Shown: positions 1 to 15,239, numbered from the stretch's first letter. The stretch is 64,000 nt of DNA from Octopus vulgaris (GCA_951406725.2 OX597832.1:63116001-63180000); one strand, 5' to 3'. Made by a program: numbers and translations. Notes: generated by a model not told the origin, from the sequence alone.

Positions 1-260
1 ACACACACACACGCACGCACAGGCACAGGCACACACACACACGCGCGCGCACCTATATATATATGTAAAACGGGCTTCTTTCAGTTTCCGTCTACCAAAT
101 CCACTCACAGGGCTTTGGTCGACTCGACACTATAGTAAAAGACACTTGCCGAAGGTACCACGCAGTGGGACTGAACCCGGAACCATGCACACATGTATAT
201 ACATGTACACATATACACATGTAGATGTACACATATACACATGTAGATGTACACATATAC

Positions 261-413
<153 letters not shown>

Positions 414-702
414 TGTTTCTTTATTGGCCACACGGGGCTGAACACAGACGGGACAAATTACGAAGTAGAGCTTTTCTTATTGGGGATAAAAAAAAGTGCG
501 GTAGGTTTTCGATCAAAAGGGATCGTAAAAAAAACGATCAATAGGGAACGTGTATCACAGAAATGTCATGATGTAAAGTGTAAAGGGGGAAGCAGATGAG
601 GTTTATTTGTGGTAAGAAAAGCCTACGGACAAGACCACGGTAACCTCGGTCAATATTGTCACATTTATTTGCAAGTAACTCTCTGTTTTAAATTTTTCCG
701 GC

Positions 703-766
<64 letters not shown>

Positions 767-779
767 TGTATACTGTATA

Positions 780-876
<97 letters not shown>

Positions 877-2650
877 GGCGTGCGTGCGTGCAAATAGTTT
901 TCAAGTGCTACTTTTATGATTACTGCTTCGTATAAGTTCTGAAAAGTATGTGATTGATTCACAGGAAGTGAAGAAACAGTCACCTGGCATGTCCTGAAGA
1001 AATAAGAATGGTATCAAGAACGGTGCCTTGACCTACTTATAATATTCTCAGCGGAATAAAAGGATTTTGATAAATGTGGCTAGCTCATTGTAAAATGGAG
1101 AGAAATATTTCAGGCCAGTCTTGCGACATTTCTGACGATATACTGAGTACTTCACCAATGTCTGGAATCTAAAAATGATTATAGTTCTCTCTCGAAATAG
1201 CTTTTCAATGTGAAAATGAGTTTCTTCTATAGTAACAGACGATAATTGATTCTTCACCTTGGAGTGAATTAAGGATACGTTCTATGACAACATTTGTAAC
1301 AATGAACGCGTAATTAGCGAGGATTACAAACGGGTGGGGAAATATGGTCTTGGAGCTCTCTGCAAATATCAAATCGTGACGTAGAATACAAACTGGTGAA
1401 CCAGTGCTCGTACCAAGCAATTGGACTACTGGAGTGACTGCATAGCCAGTGCATGCACACACACATATACACGCATGTATGTATATATGATAATGATGAT
1501 GATGATGATGTATATGGGCTTGTCGTAGATTGCTTATGTACATATAACAGTATCATCATCATCATTATCATGATGCTTTACGTCCGATCTTTCGTGTTTG
1601 CACGATTTGGACGGATTTTCACCTGCACAGCGTCTCGCAACTCGTCACCGTTCTTCGTCATTTTTTTTCCGTACTGTTCTTTATCTTCTTCTGATCAGAC
1701 ATCAAAGATAAACTTCTTCCCATATCTTCCTCGTCGTTTTCTTTCGTAGGTTTTTTTTTCTCTCATTTGGATTGTTTAGTACTTTTTCACCTAAATTTTC
1801 ACCACCATACGTTTCACATGTCTGTAGCAGCGCTATCTGCCGTTGTATTCTCGGTTTATTTGCGTCCGTCAGTCATATACGTAAATATTATGCATCTTGT
1901 GGAGCATGTACTTTTTTTTTAAGCCATCACACATGCTCTGTATTCGATACATGTGATTTGCTACTATACTTCACCGATCTTCGTTATCAAATATCATACA
2001 ACATAACTTTCACTTAGAAAGAGAACCGCTTTCTTTCCACTACAGTTTAGAGCTTCTGAATTCTTACTTTTCCTATTCCATTATTACGCTGGCTACTAAG
2101 CTTTCAGACCATCCAACACCACCGCCAGTCCGGTCAATTAGGAAACAAGAGTTACCAGCTATTTCTAAGGGAGACTTCTGAACATTTGAAATAATTATTT
2201 CACAGGTATTGTTATTAATAATTATTCCCGTTCATCTGCAACATACGAACTCTTCCTTCTCTGTTAGCCCGACTGTGTACCCAACCATACTTCTTGTGCA
2301 GCCAAAACTTATATTGGATGCACTGTATAGGATTCCTACCTCCTCTTTTGATCAAAATCATGACTACTTCCCAACAAATGGTAGTATATACATTATTTAC
2401 ATTATTTACATTGTTTACATTTGACGGATATTTGTCCTCATCTTATTTGTTAACACAACGTTTCGGCTGATATATCAGCGGGAAAACTCGTGCTACAATG
2501 AGGGCCAAAATGACAAGGATATACCCTTCGTAGATTGGGTTCACTAGATGGCGCTATACTGCCGAAAGCTGAAGAATTCTTTATCATCATCAGTCAATAT
2601 GGAATGCACTACAATGCAAGCTACTTGTAAAAATGCCTCTCGAGTGTGTG

Positions 2651-2713
<63 letters not shown>

Positions 2714-4689
2714 GTGTTTGTGTGTGGGGGGGCTGCGAAGCTGGTGTGTGCTGGTGTGGGGGGCACGCGAGTGTGTGCGTGCACATATGTGTGCGTGCGT
2801 ATCTGAAAGCATTACTGACTTTAGCTTATCAATTCCTAGCACAGGCTATCACCCAACTTTTCTCCACTTTACTCGCCACTCAGCTGTTTTTTTCTCTCCA
2901 GTTTGGTTCCTGCTTTTTCGACTCAACTTCAGTATCCCGCCTCCAGTTATTTTTAGGGTGCCCTCTCTTCTGCTTCTTTTCTGGGTCCCAGGTCAGGCAG
3001 GTCAGGAAGCGAAAGTGTAATACAGGATATTGTTTTCCTTAAGCTGCGACCTATTCATCTCCCTTTGCGCTTCAGGATCTTTTCTTCTACGTTTCCCTGG
3101 GGGAATGTTTTCCTCTTCCGTGTCACATTGGCTTCAAACTTCTGTAACTTTGCTTCTTTTCCTAAGTAGAGGTCTTGGCCTAATGCAAACCCTTTTCTAC
3201 TTCTGGGAAGAGGCGGTCGATCCCCGTCTGGCGTCTTTCTTTTGACCTATCCAGTATGGAGTGACCCAATTAGAAGCTTGTACTATGCTGGAATACTCCT
3301 CAGGGTCGGTAAGGAATTGGACCTTATGGTGGATATGAATGGTAGAAATTCTTAAAATTTGGATGCCATTATTTAACTCCATATGCATATGAGCCTCTAT
3401 GTATATTTGTAGGTATATATATTGTAGCATGCAATGTATGCATATTTGCATGTACCATGCATGTTTGTTTGTAGGTACTTATGAGCCTATGTCACAGTTA
3501 AAGTTTTAACTTTATAAATACAGATGTTTGTATGAATATATGTGTGTATGTGTGCATGTATGTAGTAACATGTATGTACGTATGTGTGTATGTATAAATG
3601 TAAGAGCGACCATTTTTTTTTATGTTGAAAGGATAATCACCAGCTTAGTGACAGATTAGCAATAAACGATAAATTTGATATGCAAAATAAGCGCAGAAAA
3701 TCTTTAGATATAAAGATTAATGTAGGGAAAAAGACCGACCAACCAATCAGACGATACTACAGACAGACATTAAAATGTAATAAATGGAATAGCTTTTTCT
3801 GATTGAAAATCAAAGAAACATACAAATACTAAAACAAAAGACTGGACGGAAAAAATTTCTTCTGCTACGTTTGGCTACTAAAAGCTGAGCAAGAACTGGC
3901 GAGGTGGTGTTTAAAAATGATTATAGTTCCTGTTTAGAAATAGCTTTTCACTGTGAAAATGTCTGTCGTCTTTAGTAGCAGACGATAAGTAATATATTTT
4001 ATTGATTTTTATATTTTATTTTTTAAATTTAATTACCGTATTTTCTGCCTCATGAGATGTTAATATATTTTAGTTTTGTTTTGTTTTAACTCTTTCCTTT
4101 ATATTATTTTCTTATTTTCTTTGTTTCAAGAAATTCATTTGAAGACATTATCCCGAAAAGTCTTATCATCATATTTACGATGTCTAAGCAGGATTATAGT
4201 ATAACATAATATAATAATATATGATATAATATAATATGATATAATATAAATCATTATATAACTTAAACAACAATTTTGCTCGTCTTCACCGGCAAACGAA
4301 TAGCAAAAGAAGTAATGTACGTTATTTTTAGATGACGTATAACACAACCGCGCCATTTTTCTTTCTTTTCTTCTTTTCCTTTAATGTATGGCCACTGTAT
4401 ATCACAGGAACTTACAACGAATAAACCGATGAAGAACCATATACGTGGTTGCTCGACGGGTTAGAATTAGCAGTTAAATTTCCCTTAAATCACATTATTT
4501 TTTTAAAAGGTAATACACGTGTAAGATAATGACTTCTGAAGTATATAATATCTAAAAAAAAAAACCCCAGGTATAAGACGGTTTTCCACGTTGTCATTTC
4601 TGGCGCCGCACTTCTGGCGCCGCCTATTTGGCGTTGCTGATTTGACGCTGACTTATTTGACATCAGATGTGTTTTTCTCGTTTTAATGC

Positions 4690-4747
<58 letters not shown>

Positions 4748-5095
4748 ATGTAAGTATATTTCTCTCTATATGTATGAGGAGTGGGAAAGTGCTTATGTCA
4801 ATTATATTCAATTAACAAATTCTAACGTCTCTTTCTCTCCTTCTCTCTCCCTCTTTCTATCTCCATGAGAATAGTTCTGCATAATACTAAACATATAATG
4901 CATTATGTATAATAGTAAAGTTTAATAAGTATCTGATTAGACACAACCTATTCAACCATTTTAATTTATACAGTTCTTAAGTAATGTATCGTACTCAGTC
5001 CTCTGTATGTAGAGTGGTTCGAAGTGGAACGGTACTGAAACAGTTTTAACCAATATTAAACTTATGCTGTACTGATATCTTCCTCTTCTTCTTTA

Positions 5096-5135
<40 letters not shown>

Positions 5136-5137
<2 letters not shown>

Positions 5138-5545
5138 AGCAGGAGTGGCTGTGTGGTAAGTAGCTTGTTTACCAACCACATGGCTCTGTGTTCAGTCCCA
5201 CTGCGTGGCACCTTGGGCAAGTGTCTTCTACTATAGCCTCGGGCCGACCAAAGCCTTGTGAGTGGATTTGGTAGACGGAAACTGAAAGAAGCTCGTCGTA
5301 TATATGTATATATATATATGCGTGTGTGTGTGTTTGTGTCTGTGTTTGTTCCCCTAGCATTGCTTGACTACCGGTGCTGGTGTGTTTGTGTCCCCGTTAC
5401 TTAGCAGTTCGGCAAAAGACACCGATAGAATAAGTACTGGGCTTACAAAAGAATAAGTCCCGCGGTCGAGTTGCTCGATTAAAGGCAGTGCTCCAGCATG
5501 GCCGCAGTCAAATGGCTGAAACAAGTAAAAAGAGAAAAAGAGAAA
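5136..5545 (+). mobile_element. tRNA-derived SINE family A (full length)
   Basis: A box tggctgtgtgg, B box gttcagtccc, internal microsatellite and tail ..ccagcatggccgcagtcaaatg.ctgaaacaagtaaaa. At least 15 full or partial copies occur in the window. Confidence 0.85.
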
Positions 5546-6352
5546 GATATATATATATACACATATAAGCTTTCGCTTAAGGTTTTTTTGTTTTGATGGT
5601 GTTTATTATTATTTGTTGTTGTTATTGTTTTACTTATAGAAAACTGAGACAATCCTTTGTCAGTTCCTTGGGTTTTCGCGGTCAGATTTTTCGTCCATCA
5701 AAAGCAAGAGATTGTGAGAGATCAGTCTTATTGTCTGCAATGGAGTGATCATATGAGTAGTTGTGATGTTCATACTTTCCCCAGTTATTTACGATATAAA
5801 TGAATTTCGTCTTGGAATCGGCGGCTACCAATGAGATTTTTGCTTCTTTTTTATTATCTATTGTTTGTCTTGGGAACAGAATCTGAAGATACAAAAGAAG
5901 CAACATAGTGTCGCATATTTATAAGTTTTTCACTCAATGCCTTCAAGACATTCGCTATAAAAGAATAAAGAATTTAAATAATGATTTGGTTTACCATTTT
6001 CTTAGAGTATAAAGAGAAGGAATTTATGTGAGATAATGTCGTTTGTTTATTTGTGTTTCATGTTGAAAAATGACCAGAGAGGTGTGAACGTAGACATTTT
6101 GTTATGTGACATTATTAACCGACATTAGACAATACCACAGTGGAAGGCATTGTTACTTCGTAGTAAAATATGAGTCTACTTCTGTGTATGGGGTAAGGTG
6201 TTCATACGCACACACAGAGATAGATAGATAGATAGACAAATAGATACATACATACATACATACATACATACATACATACATACATACATACATACATACG
6301 TACATACATACATACATACGTACATACATACATACATACATACATACATACA

Positions 6353-6383
<31 letters not shown>

Positions 6384-6420
6384 GTATTATTCATGTATAA
6401 ATATGTACATAAATATATAC

Positions 6421-6627
6421 TTCTTTTTTTTAATTGTTTGACATTTGACTGCGGCCATGCTGGAGCACCGCCTTTAGTCGAACAAATTGACTCCAAGACT
6501 TATTCTTTGTGAGCCTAGTACTTATCCTATCGATCTCTTTTGCCGAACCGCTAAGTTACGGGGACGTAAACACACCAACATCGGTTGTCAAGCGTTGATG
6601 GAAGGACAAATACAGACACACAAACAA

Positions 6628-6678
<51 letters not shown>

Positions 6679-6765
6679 AGACAGGCTCCTTTCAGTTTCC
6701 GTCTACCAAATCCATTCACAAGGCTTTGGTCGGCCAGAGGCTATAGTAGAAGACACTGGCCCAAG
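6421..6765 (-). mobile_element. SINE family A (5'-truncated)
   Basis: Reverse complement of 5136-5545. Confidence 0.8.
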
Positions 6766-6825
6766 GAGCTACACACACACACAAATGTATATCGATGAAA
6801 AGAAAACGGGATACACACACATACA

Positions 6826-6860
<35 letters not shown>

Positions 6861-8043
6861 ATACACACACACACACACTGATATGTGTGTGTGTTTCGTA
6901 TTCAGTTTATTGAGGCCCATTCTGTAGAACAAGACATTCGATTTCCTAAACACATTGTTGTTGGGAGAATAGAGACAACAACAATAAATTCAGTTAATTT
7001 TCTCGACTTTTGCAAATGTCTTTTGCATATTTGGACTGCTTTTTGGTTTTTTGGTTTTGTTTTGTTTTGTTTCTTCTATGTTTTATATACATTGCATTGT
7101 CTCTTGGTCTTTTTCTTTTTGTTCTTTTCTTTTTCTCTCTCTGAATTCGTTGAGAACCGGTTTGTTCACACAAAACCAGTTTCCAACCAAGAAATAAACA
7201 AAAACAAAAAAAGAGAATTTTTTTTTTGTCAACATTCAGATACCAAAAAACCATGACAGAATCATCAAACACCAAACTTTAGAAAAATATAGGCGTTGTG
7301 TTTTCTTTTATTTTGTTTTGTTTTTTTTTCTTTGATCATTTTTTATAATTTTGTTTTATCCTGCCCTTCATACAGACAAAACTCGAAAAAATTCCAGAGA
7401 ATAATATAGTTTTTTTTCTTTCTTCTTTAAGAATCTGAAATGATCAAGGTCATTGTTGTTGAATTAACTTAGCTTAAGACTAAATAGTAATAAATACAAA
7501 TGTATTTCAACGATGTCGTCAAAACCCTCGTCATCGCCATTGGTGGTATCATATTGTTGATGTTGTTTAGTGCAGACCAGCTCTGATTGCGCAGACTTAT
7601 CATATAATAATAATCTACTGCAGCGACGGCCCACTTCAGACCGGTTTCATGCCAGACAATTTTTCCACCAACCATAAAGTGCATATTATATAATTTGATA
7701 ATTACAAATATAACACATATGTATTACAGATTAAGGCGCATGGCCTAGTGGTTAGAGTGTTGAACTCACCTTCGCGAGATCGTGGTTTCAATTCCCGGAC
7801 CGAGTGGTGTGTTGTGCTCTTGAGCAAAACACTTCATCTCACGTTGATCTACGATCACTTTGACAATTGATGTGTGGTACAACATGCACCTATTAACGAA
7901 ATGTCGATTTGATGGGGAGAATGAGCTAATGTACTGCGCATGCGCTTGATCACAATAAAAGAATTATTTGTGCAGGTTGTTCAGGAAGAAATCGCAGCAT
8001 CGTCTTTCTCAGACTTCGAGAGACCACCAGCATTCACATATTA

Positions 8044-8929
8044 CGAGGTCTGATCAATAAATATCCGGATTGTTGCTATAGTAACGAAGCTAAATCACAC
8101 AGAGTGAAACCACGTGGCACAGATTGATCATGAACTCTTTTGTGCATGCGCACCAAGTTTTAACATTTTAGCTTACTTCCCTTGTTTACAGCAGTGCTTG
8201 GAAGTAACGTGTGTAGCATATGATTGTCGCATTGACCATGACAGAGAAAGTTGTAAAAGCGACACCTGCTCAGAGACCTACACAAAGTTGCAGAAGGTGT
8301 ATGAAGAGGAGTGTATGAGCCGCACACAAGTGTACGAGTGGTTCAGGCGTTTCCGAGATGGCCGAAGAAATGTCGACATTGACGAACGTTCTGGGAAACT
8401 CGCAACCAGCAGAACAGAACCGAGAAAAACATCGCAGATGTGCGTGCAGCTGTGAGGGGAAATCATCCAATCACCATCTGTGAGTTATGAGAGGATGTGC
8501 AGATAAGTTATAATTCAGTTCAGTTCATTATCACTGAAGATTTGGGTATGGGACGCAAGTTTATGTCAAAACTGCTTTCAGCTGACCAAAAATACACCCA
8601 AGTTTCAGTTGCACAAGATCTTGAATGTGTCGACAACGATGAAAACCTTTTGAAAACTTTGCGAAGGCTTCTGAGCAGGTTACGCGAAGCTTTTGGCAAA
8701 ATTTGATACAGATTCTCTGCTCAACTTTCTATCATGATCAATGCGACGGTCACACGCTACACATCTTCCTTCCAAGCACTGCTGTAAACAGTGGAAATGA
8801 ACTAGAATGTTAAAAATTTGGGAGCATGCACAGCAGAGTTCAAGGTCAATATGAGCTAAGCGGCTTCACTCTGCGTACTTTCGCTTCGTAACTACGGCAA
8901 CAGTCCGGATAATTATTGATCAGACCACG
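8044..8929 (+). mobile_element. Internally deleted mariner element with long inverted termini
   Basis: TA-cgaggtctgatcaataa...ttattgatcagaccacg-TA. About 200 bp of degenerate inverted ends. Residual HTH region YEE.CMSRTQVYEWFRRFRDGR...DERSG and no catalytic domain. Confidence 0.88.
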
Positions 8930-9034
8930 TACATATAATTATAGACAGAGACAGGCAGACAGACAAAACAGAAGAGTCACTTAGACAGACAGACAGACAG
9001 GCAGGCAGGCAGACAGACAGACAGACAGACATAC

Positions 9035-9093
<59 letters not shown>

Positions 9094-9735
9094 ACTCGAC
9101 AGCCTTTGATCACAGAATGTTGAGACGGAAGTGTTCGTTAATAATACATTGTTGTGGCTGCCTGTCGTGGTGAGCTGCACAACCGCATAGTACCTATCCG
9201 CAGTTAGATGGATTACATATTTTGTGTTGGTCACTGGAAATGTGCCGTGAGTTGGACAAGACTTCTATCTTTTACTTTCAAACCATTCCAACAATAAGGA
9301 AGAGCGGAGGAGAAGGAGGAGGAGGAGGAGGAGGGGGAGGACGACGACGACGACGACGACGATGACGTGAAGGAGGACGACGGGGAGGAGGACGAGGAAG
9401 GAGATTAGGAAAAAGAGGAAGAGGAGGAAGAAGAAAAGGAGGAAAAGAAGCAAGAAAGGGGAAGAAGAGGAAGAAGGGACAGAATAAAATTGGATTATTT
9501 CAGTATGATTCGACACAATCCAATCCTTCCTCGGCCGTCCCGTATAATTTTGTATACCTAGGACTACAACTGGCCAATGTGTTCCTGTTGCTTGAAGGCA
9601 GGGAGCAAAATAAGAGGAGTGCTGGGGGGGGGCACTACTAAACACATTCAAGATCATTTCTTATTAGGCTTGCCAACCAGAATGCCCCACGGGCCGCATG
9701 CGGCTCCACATTCCTAATTTTTTTATAATTCTTTC

Positions 9736-9894
9736 AGGCATGGCTGTGTGGTAAGTAGCTTACTTACTAACCACTTGGTTCCGGTTTCAGTCCCACTACG
9801 TGTCACCTTAGGCAAGTGTCTTCTGCTTATAGCCTCGGGCCGACCAACGCCTTGTAAATGCATTTGGTAGACGGAGACTGAAAGAAGCCCGTCG

Positions 9895-9951
<57 letters not shown>

Positions 9952-10140
9952 CCCCCACCGTCGCTTGGCAACCAATGCTGGTGTGTTTACGTCCCAGTAA
10001 CTTAGCGTTTCGGCAAAAAGAGACCAATAGAATAAGTACTAGGCTTACAAAGAATATGTCCTGAGGTCCATTCGTTCGACTATAAAGGCGGTGCTCCAGC
10101 ATGGCCGCAGTCAAATGACTGAAACCAATAAAAAAGATTT
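9736..10140 (+). mobile_element. SINE family A
   Basis: Colinear with 5136-5545. Confidence 0.85.
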
Positions 10141-10515
10141 TAAGAAAAAAAGAATATAGACAGTATTGAATGAGAGATACAAAACTAAGGTATGTCGGCT
10201 GTCTGTCTGTCTGTCCTGTCCTGTCCTGTCGCCAGGGGTCACGATTAACAGTCGGCAGTATAAGGTATACCACCATCATCATCATAGATATCATGATCAG
10301 CAGCAACACTATCAACGTCTTTATCGTCGTCGTCGTCGTCATACAAAACAGCAGCAGCGGCAGCAGCGGCAGCAGCAGCAGCAGCAGCTTCGACACAGCG
10401 AACGTATTGTTGTCAGCTTATATGAAGAGAACTTAGAGGTATTTAGGGCTGAGAACACAAGCTAATGGGTCAGGGTGAGACAGCGGGGGCGGAGAGCCGC
10501 ATACGTAATGCATAC

Positions 10516-10575
<60 letters not shown>

Positions 10576-10744
10576 GACATTTATACAAACACATTCGCAC
10601 CGACACACTGACGGATAATAGATATTTACGAAAAGAGAAAACAGACAAATAGACACATAAGAATATGTGTATGATTTAGTTATACAAACACACACACACA
10701 CACATACATACACACACACATAGAGTATTTGCATGTGTCTGTGT

Positions 10745-11340
10745 GTGTCAAATTAGTGTTTATATGTGTGTATGTGTGTGTGTGTGTATGTGTGTGTGTG
10801 AAATTAGTGTTTATATGTATGTGTGTGTAAAATTAGTGTTTATATGTGTGTGTATGTGTGTGTATGTGTGTGTGTGTGTGAAATTAGTGTTTATATGTAT
10901 GTGTGTGTAAAATTAGTGTTTATATGTGTGTGTGTGTGTATGTGTGAAATTAGTGTTTATGTGTGTGTGTGTGAAATTACTGTTTATATGTATGTGTGCG
11001 TTTGTGTGTGAAATTAGTGTTTATGTGTGTGTGTGTGAAATTAGTATTTATATGTGTGCGTTTGTGTGTGAAATTAATGTTTATGTGTGTGTGTGTGTGT
11101 GTGTGTGTGAAATTAGTGTTTGTGTGTGTGTGTGTATGTGAAATTAGTGCTTATATGTGTGTGTGTGAAATTAGTGTTTATGTGTGTCTGTGTGTGAAAT
11201 TAGTGCTTATATGTGTGTGTGTAAAATTACTGTTTATGTGTGTGTGTGAAATTAGTGTTTGTGTTTGTGTATATCTGTGTGAAATTAGTGTTTATATGTG
11301 TGTGTGTGTGTGTGTGAAATTAGTGTTTATATATGTGTGT
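10745..11340. repeat. Minisatellite: GAAATTAGTGTTTA core separated by variable (TG)n
   Basis: About 20 recurrences of the core visible in the sequence. Confidence 0.9.
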
Positions 11341-11872
11341 GTGCGTGTGTACGTGTGTGTAAACGTACACATGCATAAACACCAGACACACAAACACTTC
11401 ATGCGTTAGTGACTTCGGCTTTGTTTCCTAACAGCTTGATAACCGATGCTGGTTAATTTACGTCACTTGTCTCTGTAGTGACTTATCAGTTGGGCAACAA
11501 ATGTGCCTTAAAAATATTTAATGAGGATAATGGCGATATCATCGACCAAACCTTTGAAGGTGGTGCCTCAGTAGTTAAGAAGAAAAAAAACTATATATAC
11601 ATGTGTGGTGTGTGTGAATACATACGTTTATGTAGAGAGGGAGGAAGAGAGGGAGAGAGAGAGAGAGAGAGAGAGAAGAATGTGAAACAGTTCAACATAT
11701 TTTTGCTTCACAAGCCAACGTCACGTATTTCTTTCTGTCAGACTATGTCACAGAACCGGTTCTTCTACATTAAGCTTCGACCTCTGACTGAATAAATCTG
11801 TAAGATTTGATCGGGTTTAACAATTACGGCAACATTTACACTGCTTATAACGATACATAGACAGACAGATAG

Positions 11873-11904
<32 letters not shown>

Positions 11905-12099
11905 CCAAGAAGCTAGATAGAGAGACGGACAGACGGACAGAGGACAGCTAGACAGACAGATAAACAGACAAGAGAGAGAGATAAACAGACAGCTAGGGAG
12001 AGAAACAGACAGACAGACAGACGGACAGGTGGACGGATGGACTGACAAAAGTAAGTACCAGGCAGCTTACCAGAATGAATACTATCAACAGTTCCGTCT

Positions 12100-12490
12100 T
12101 CAGAAACATGTGACAATCTTCACTTCTCACTTCTAGCAAGGATATCCACCAAAGTAAACATCGTATGTTCATATCTTCTGCTCTTCGAGAATTTACACTG
12201 CTCCATTTCAAAGTAATTCTCGGCTGATCTTTGAAACGCGTCTCTGGTCTTCTCTAGCCAGGCGTTGACCATATCGTAGCTAATTGTAACAAGTCAGAAC
12301 TATTAGAATGGATTTAATGTACCTGATATGGGTTCGGCGGTGGACTTCTGTGTTCGTAATCCTACTTCGTCAGGGTAACTGGAAAAGTCTTTCCAGAAGT
12401 CTCGACAGTTGACACATTAAAAACCTGAAGATTTTTTGACTTCCAGCTTCTTATTAGGTCAGCAGTATATGGTCCACGCCTCTCATTAAT
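12100..12490 (-). mobile_element. RTE-clade LINE 3' remnant
   Basis: Minus-strand fragments WTIY..KKLE, ITNTEVHRR and LRYG....RPETRFKDQ, typical of the RTE ORF C-terminus. Confidence 0.6.
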
Positions 12491-12649
12491 GCACATACAT
12501 TTGCTTCATCAGTATTTATTCTATTGATTTGGCGTTTAACGATGTTTGTAATAATTGAGATCTTAAATAATGTGGATATATTTTTATAATGTTTATTTGC
12601 CAATTTAGGTGTGGTTGTTTCCTTCGTCTTTCTTGCGTCGACCTCACAC

Positions 12650-15050
12650 GACGAGGCTCGAATGCGCTCTCAACGTTGAGATGCAGCAGCTGCCTCTTCT
12701 CAGTTGCGCGGCAGCAGCCATCTACTACACCCTCAGATGTGGGTCGGAGGGGATGGGCTTCGCTAGATCCCTCTTAAGATTCCGAAAGTGATCCGAGTGC
12801 TCGTAGCCGACGACCTTGTATCCTCAACTGGAAAAACCCTGGACTCTGGTGGACCTAGAGATTAGGAACAACTGTTTTACTTTGCTCTCCTCGCCCTTGG
12901 TCTCCCCAAAACCGTTGGCGATCGAGATGGCCTGTCGGCAACGGCCTTGGTCCGGGCCAATATCTCGTCCTTCGGGCAGCTGCCCATACCCCGCGTGTCC
13001 GAGTATGCAACACTCCGCTCATTCGTGCGCCTGCAGTCTTCTACCCCTGACGCTAGCTTAAAGCCTTTATCCTATCGTTGGGCAATGTCTTCCGGAGGCT
13101 CGTGGCCAAGCTCACCTGCAGATCTATCACCCCTGAACTTGGTGAGGAACTCAGCCCGGTGCAGCGGGAGCCGAACACGCCGCTAGACAATTCTTCGATG
13201 ACCGTCCCCCTCAGCTGACATCGAGCGATTCCAAGCACCTCATTGTCAAGCTTGACATGAAAAATGCATTCAACTATCTGTGCCGTGACAACATGCTTCA
13301 GGCCTGCTTCAGCCGTGACATGTCGGTCTACCCACTGTCTTACCTGTCGTACGGATCTCCGAACATACTCCTCACCTCAGAGAATGTCATACTATCTTCA
13401 ACTGATGTTCAACAAGGTAATCCATAAGGCACCCTCCTGTTCGCTCACGAGGTGAACAGCATTGTTCGAAGTATCTCGACTTCTTTCAACATCCGGTACC
13501 TGTTAGAGAGTGCCTGTCACGATCTCTGATCCGTGGTTTCCGCTCTGGCAGGGATCGACCACGAGATTAACTCGTCCCAGTCGGAGGTCGAGAACGTCAA
13601 TCACGAAAGTAGAGGGCTTCGCAACCACCGTCATGGGCATGCGTTCATTATTTCATCAGGTACAAGTGACTTTAAAAAAGAACGTCCTCATTTTCGGTTC
13701 ACTGATCCTCCTGCCTGCCCTTCGCTCCACCCTCAAGTCTAGGCTTCGCCAGTTTGAAACACTGGCGATCAAGCTGAATGTGATCGGCACCCATCCAGCT
13801 CTGTTCTTGTTAAGGAACTGCTTCACCATACCGAAGTTATTGTATATACTCCACAGTGACTCTTGCTACAGTCACGCATCTCTCCTCATAGGTTTCGACG
13901 CCCGTATCCAAGTGAAATGCAACGCTTGATTTGACGGCACTGGGTAGCAAGAAGTCACCTTACCCGTCAAATATAACGGGCTTGAGTTCCGATCTCACTG
14001 GTTCTGCCGGTTCTTCTCTCATCGGCGGCCTCAACAGGGTTCTCCACAACATAACTGAAACTACTGAGATCGGAGAGCGCGAGGTGGCCTACGATACATG
14101 GAGTTAGCTCGGCCTGCACCCTGCGGACGTCCATCCCCATCTCCCCTCTGTGGACGTCCGGTTCTCCCGAAACAAACGAGACCCCATCCAGTGTAACGTG
14201 ATTTCGGACGAGTTAGTACGCCGACTTTTAACCGACACAGTCTGGCATGTTTCCGTTCAGCGTCCAAACCTCACAGCGGAGCCTGGCTCAATGAGGTGCC
14301 ATCAATTGCGATTGGTACCCCGCTCCATACCGACTGTCTGCGCATCAGTGTTACCGTGAGGCTTGGCCTGCAGATCTGTGAGCCTCACAAACGCCGTTGC
14401 GAATCCACTGTGGGTTCTTTCAGCTTCCACCCATGGTTATGCTATTATAGTGCTAGCTACCGTCAATGCCATGTCGTTCTTAACGAGACCATAAAGTATG
14501 GCCTGGACGCCGTAGGTTTCCCTTTCCAGCACGATCCAGCGGGGCTAGACTAAGGTAGTAATAAAAGGCCTGACGGTATGACAATTTTCCAGGTCCGTGG
14601 TCTTAGGCCTCTCATCTAGGATGCCACTTGCTGTGACACCTTCTGCAGCGGCAACTTGGTGTGTTCAGCTACCATCCCAGGCTCTGCTGTTCCTTCGGCC
14701 GAGAAGAGCAAACTGTCAAAATATCGACAGCTCTCTAACAGGTTTATGGTCAAGCCTGTAGCAGAGAACACCACCGGTGTTCTCAGCCCCGGACCATATC
14801 CCTGCTCACCACCATCGGAGCGGAGATAGTTATCCGCAAGAACGAGCCCCGGAAGTCAGAGTGGTGGTTCTAGTTCATTTCCCTCACCATCCTCCGGGGC
14901 AACGCCATCTCTATTTCGTCTGCTTGGAGTATGAGGCGATCTGACAAGTCTTTTTAGATATTTTTCTGCTGTGAGGTGAGGAAAGACATGGTGATTTAGG
15001 CAGGGCGTTTCCCATCAATTCATTGAGCATTATTGCTATAAATTAATATG
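12650..15050 (+). mobile_element. Decayed CRE-clade non-LTR retrotransposon (RT plus restriction-like endonuclease)
   Basis: Frameshifted motifs in the expected order: KPLAIE, IVKLDMKNAFN, DVQQGNP*G.LLF, HPALFLLRNCFTIPKLLYIL, HSGAWL..P, RLGL, C/H cluster, KRPDG, WDATC.DT, AE..K..KY, ILRGNA. Confidence 0.85.
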
Positions 15051-15239
15051 GTAAAGAGTAAAATTATACCAACGAACGATTTCAATACAAAATACTTATA
15101 CCGCGATACTGAATCGAAAATTTATATATGTATGTATATACATATATACATACACACATATATATGTATATACATACATATACACATATATATATATATA
15201 TATATATAATATTTATAAATAATATATATGTGTATATGT

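Noticed and set aside
1165-1250. Repeat shared with 3912-3990
   Set aside because: Real but short and diverged, with no termini or coding motif recognisable.
2830-3400. Possible LINE ORF1 relic on the minus strand
   Set aside because: Looks like decayed coding sequence but has no diagnostic motif.
10166-10465. His/Gln/Arg-rich 99-aa ORF resembling a transcription-factor exon
   Set aside because: Made of CAT, CGT and CAG triplet repeats with no domain and no convincing splice context.
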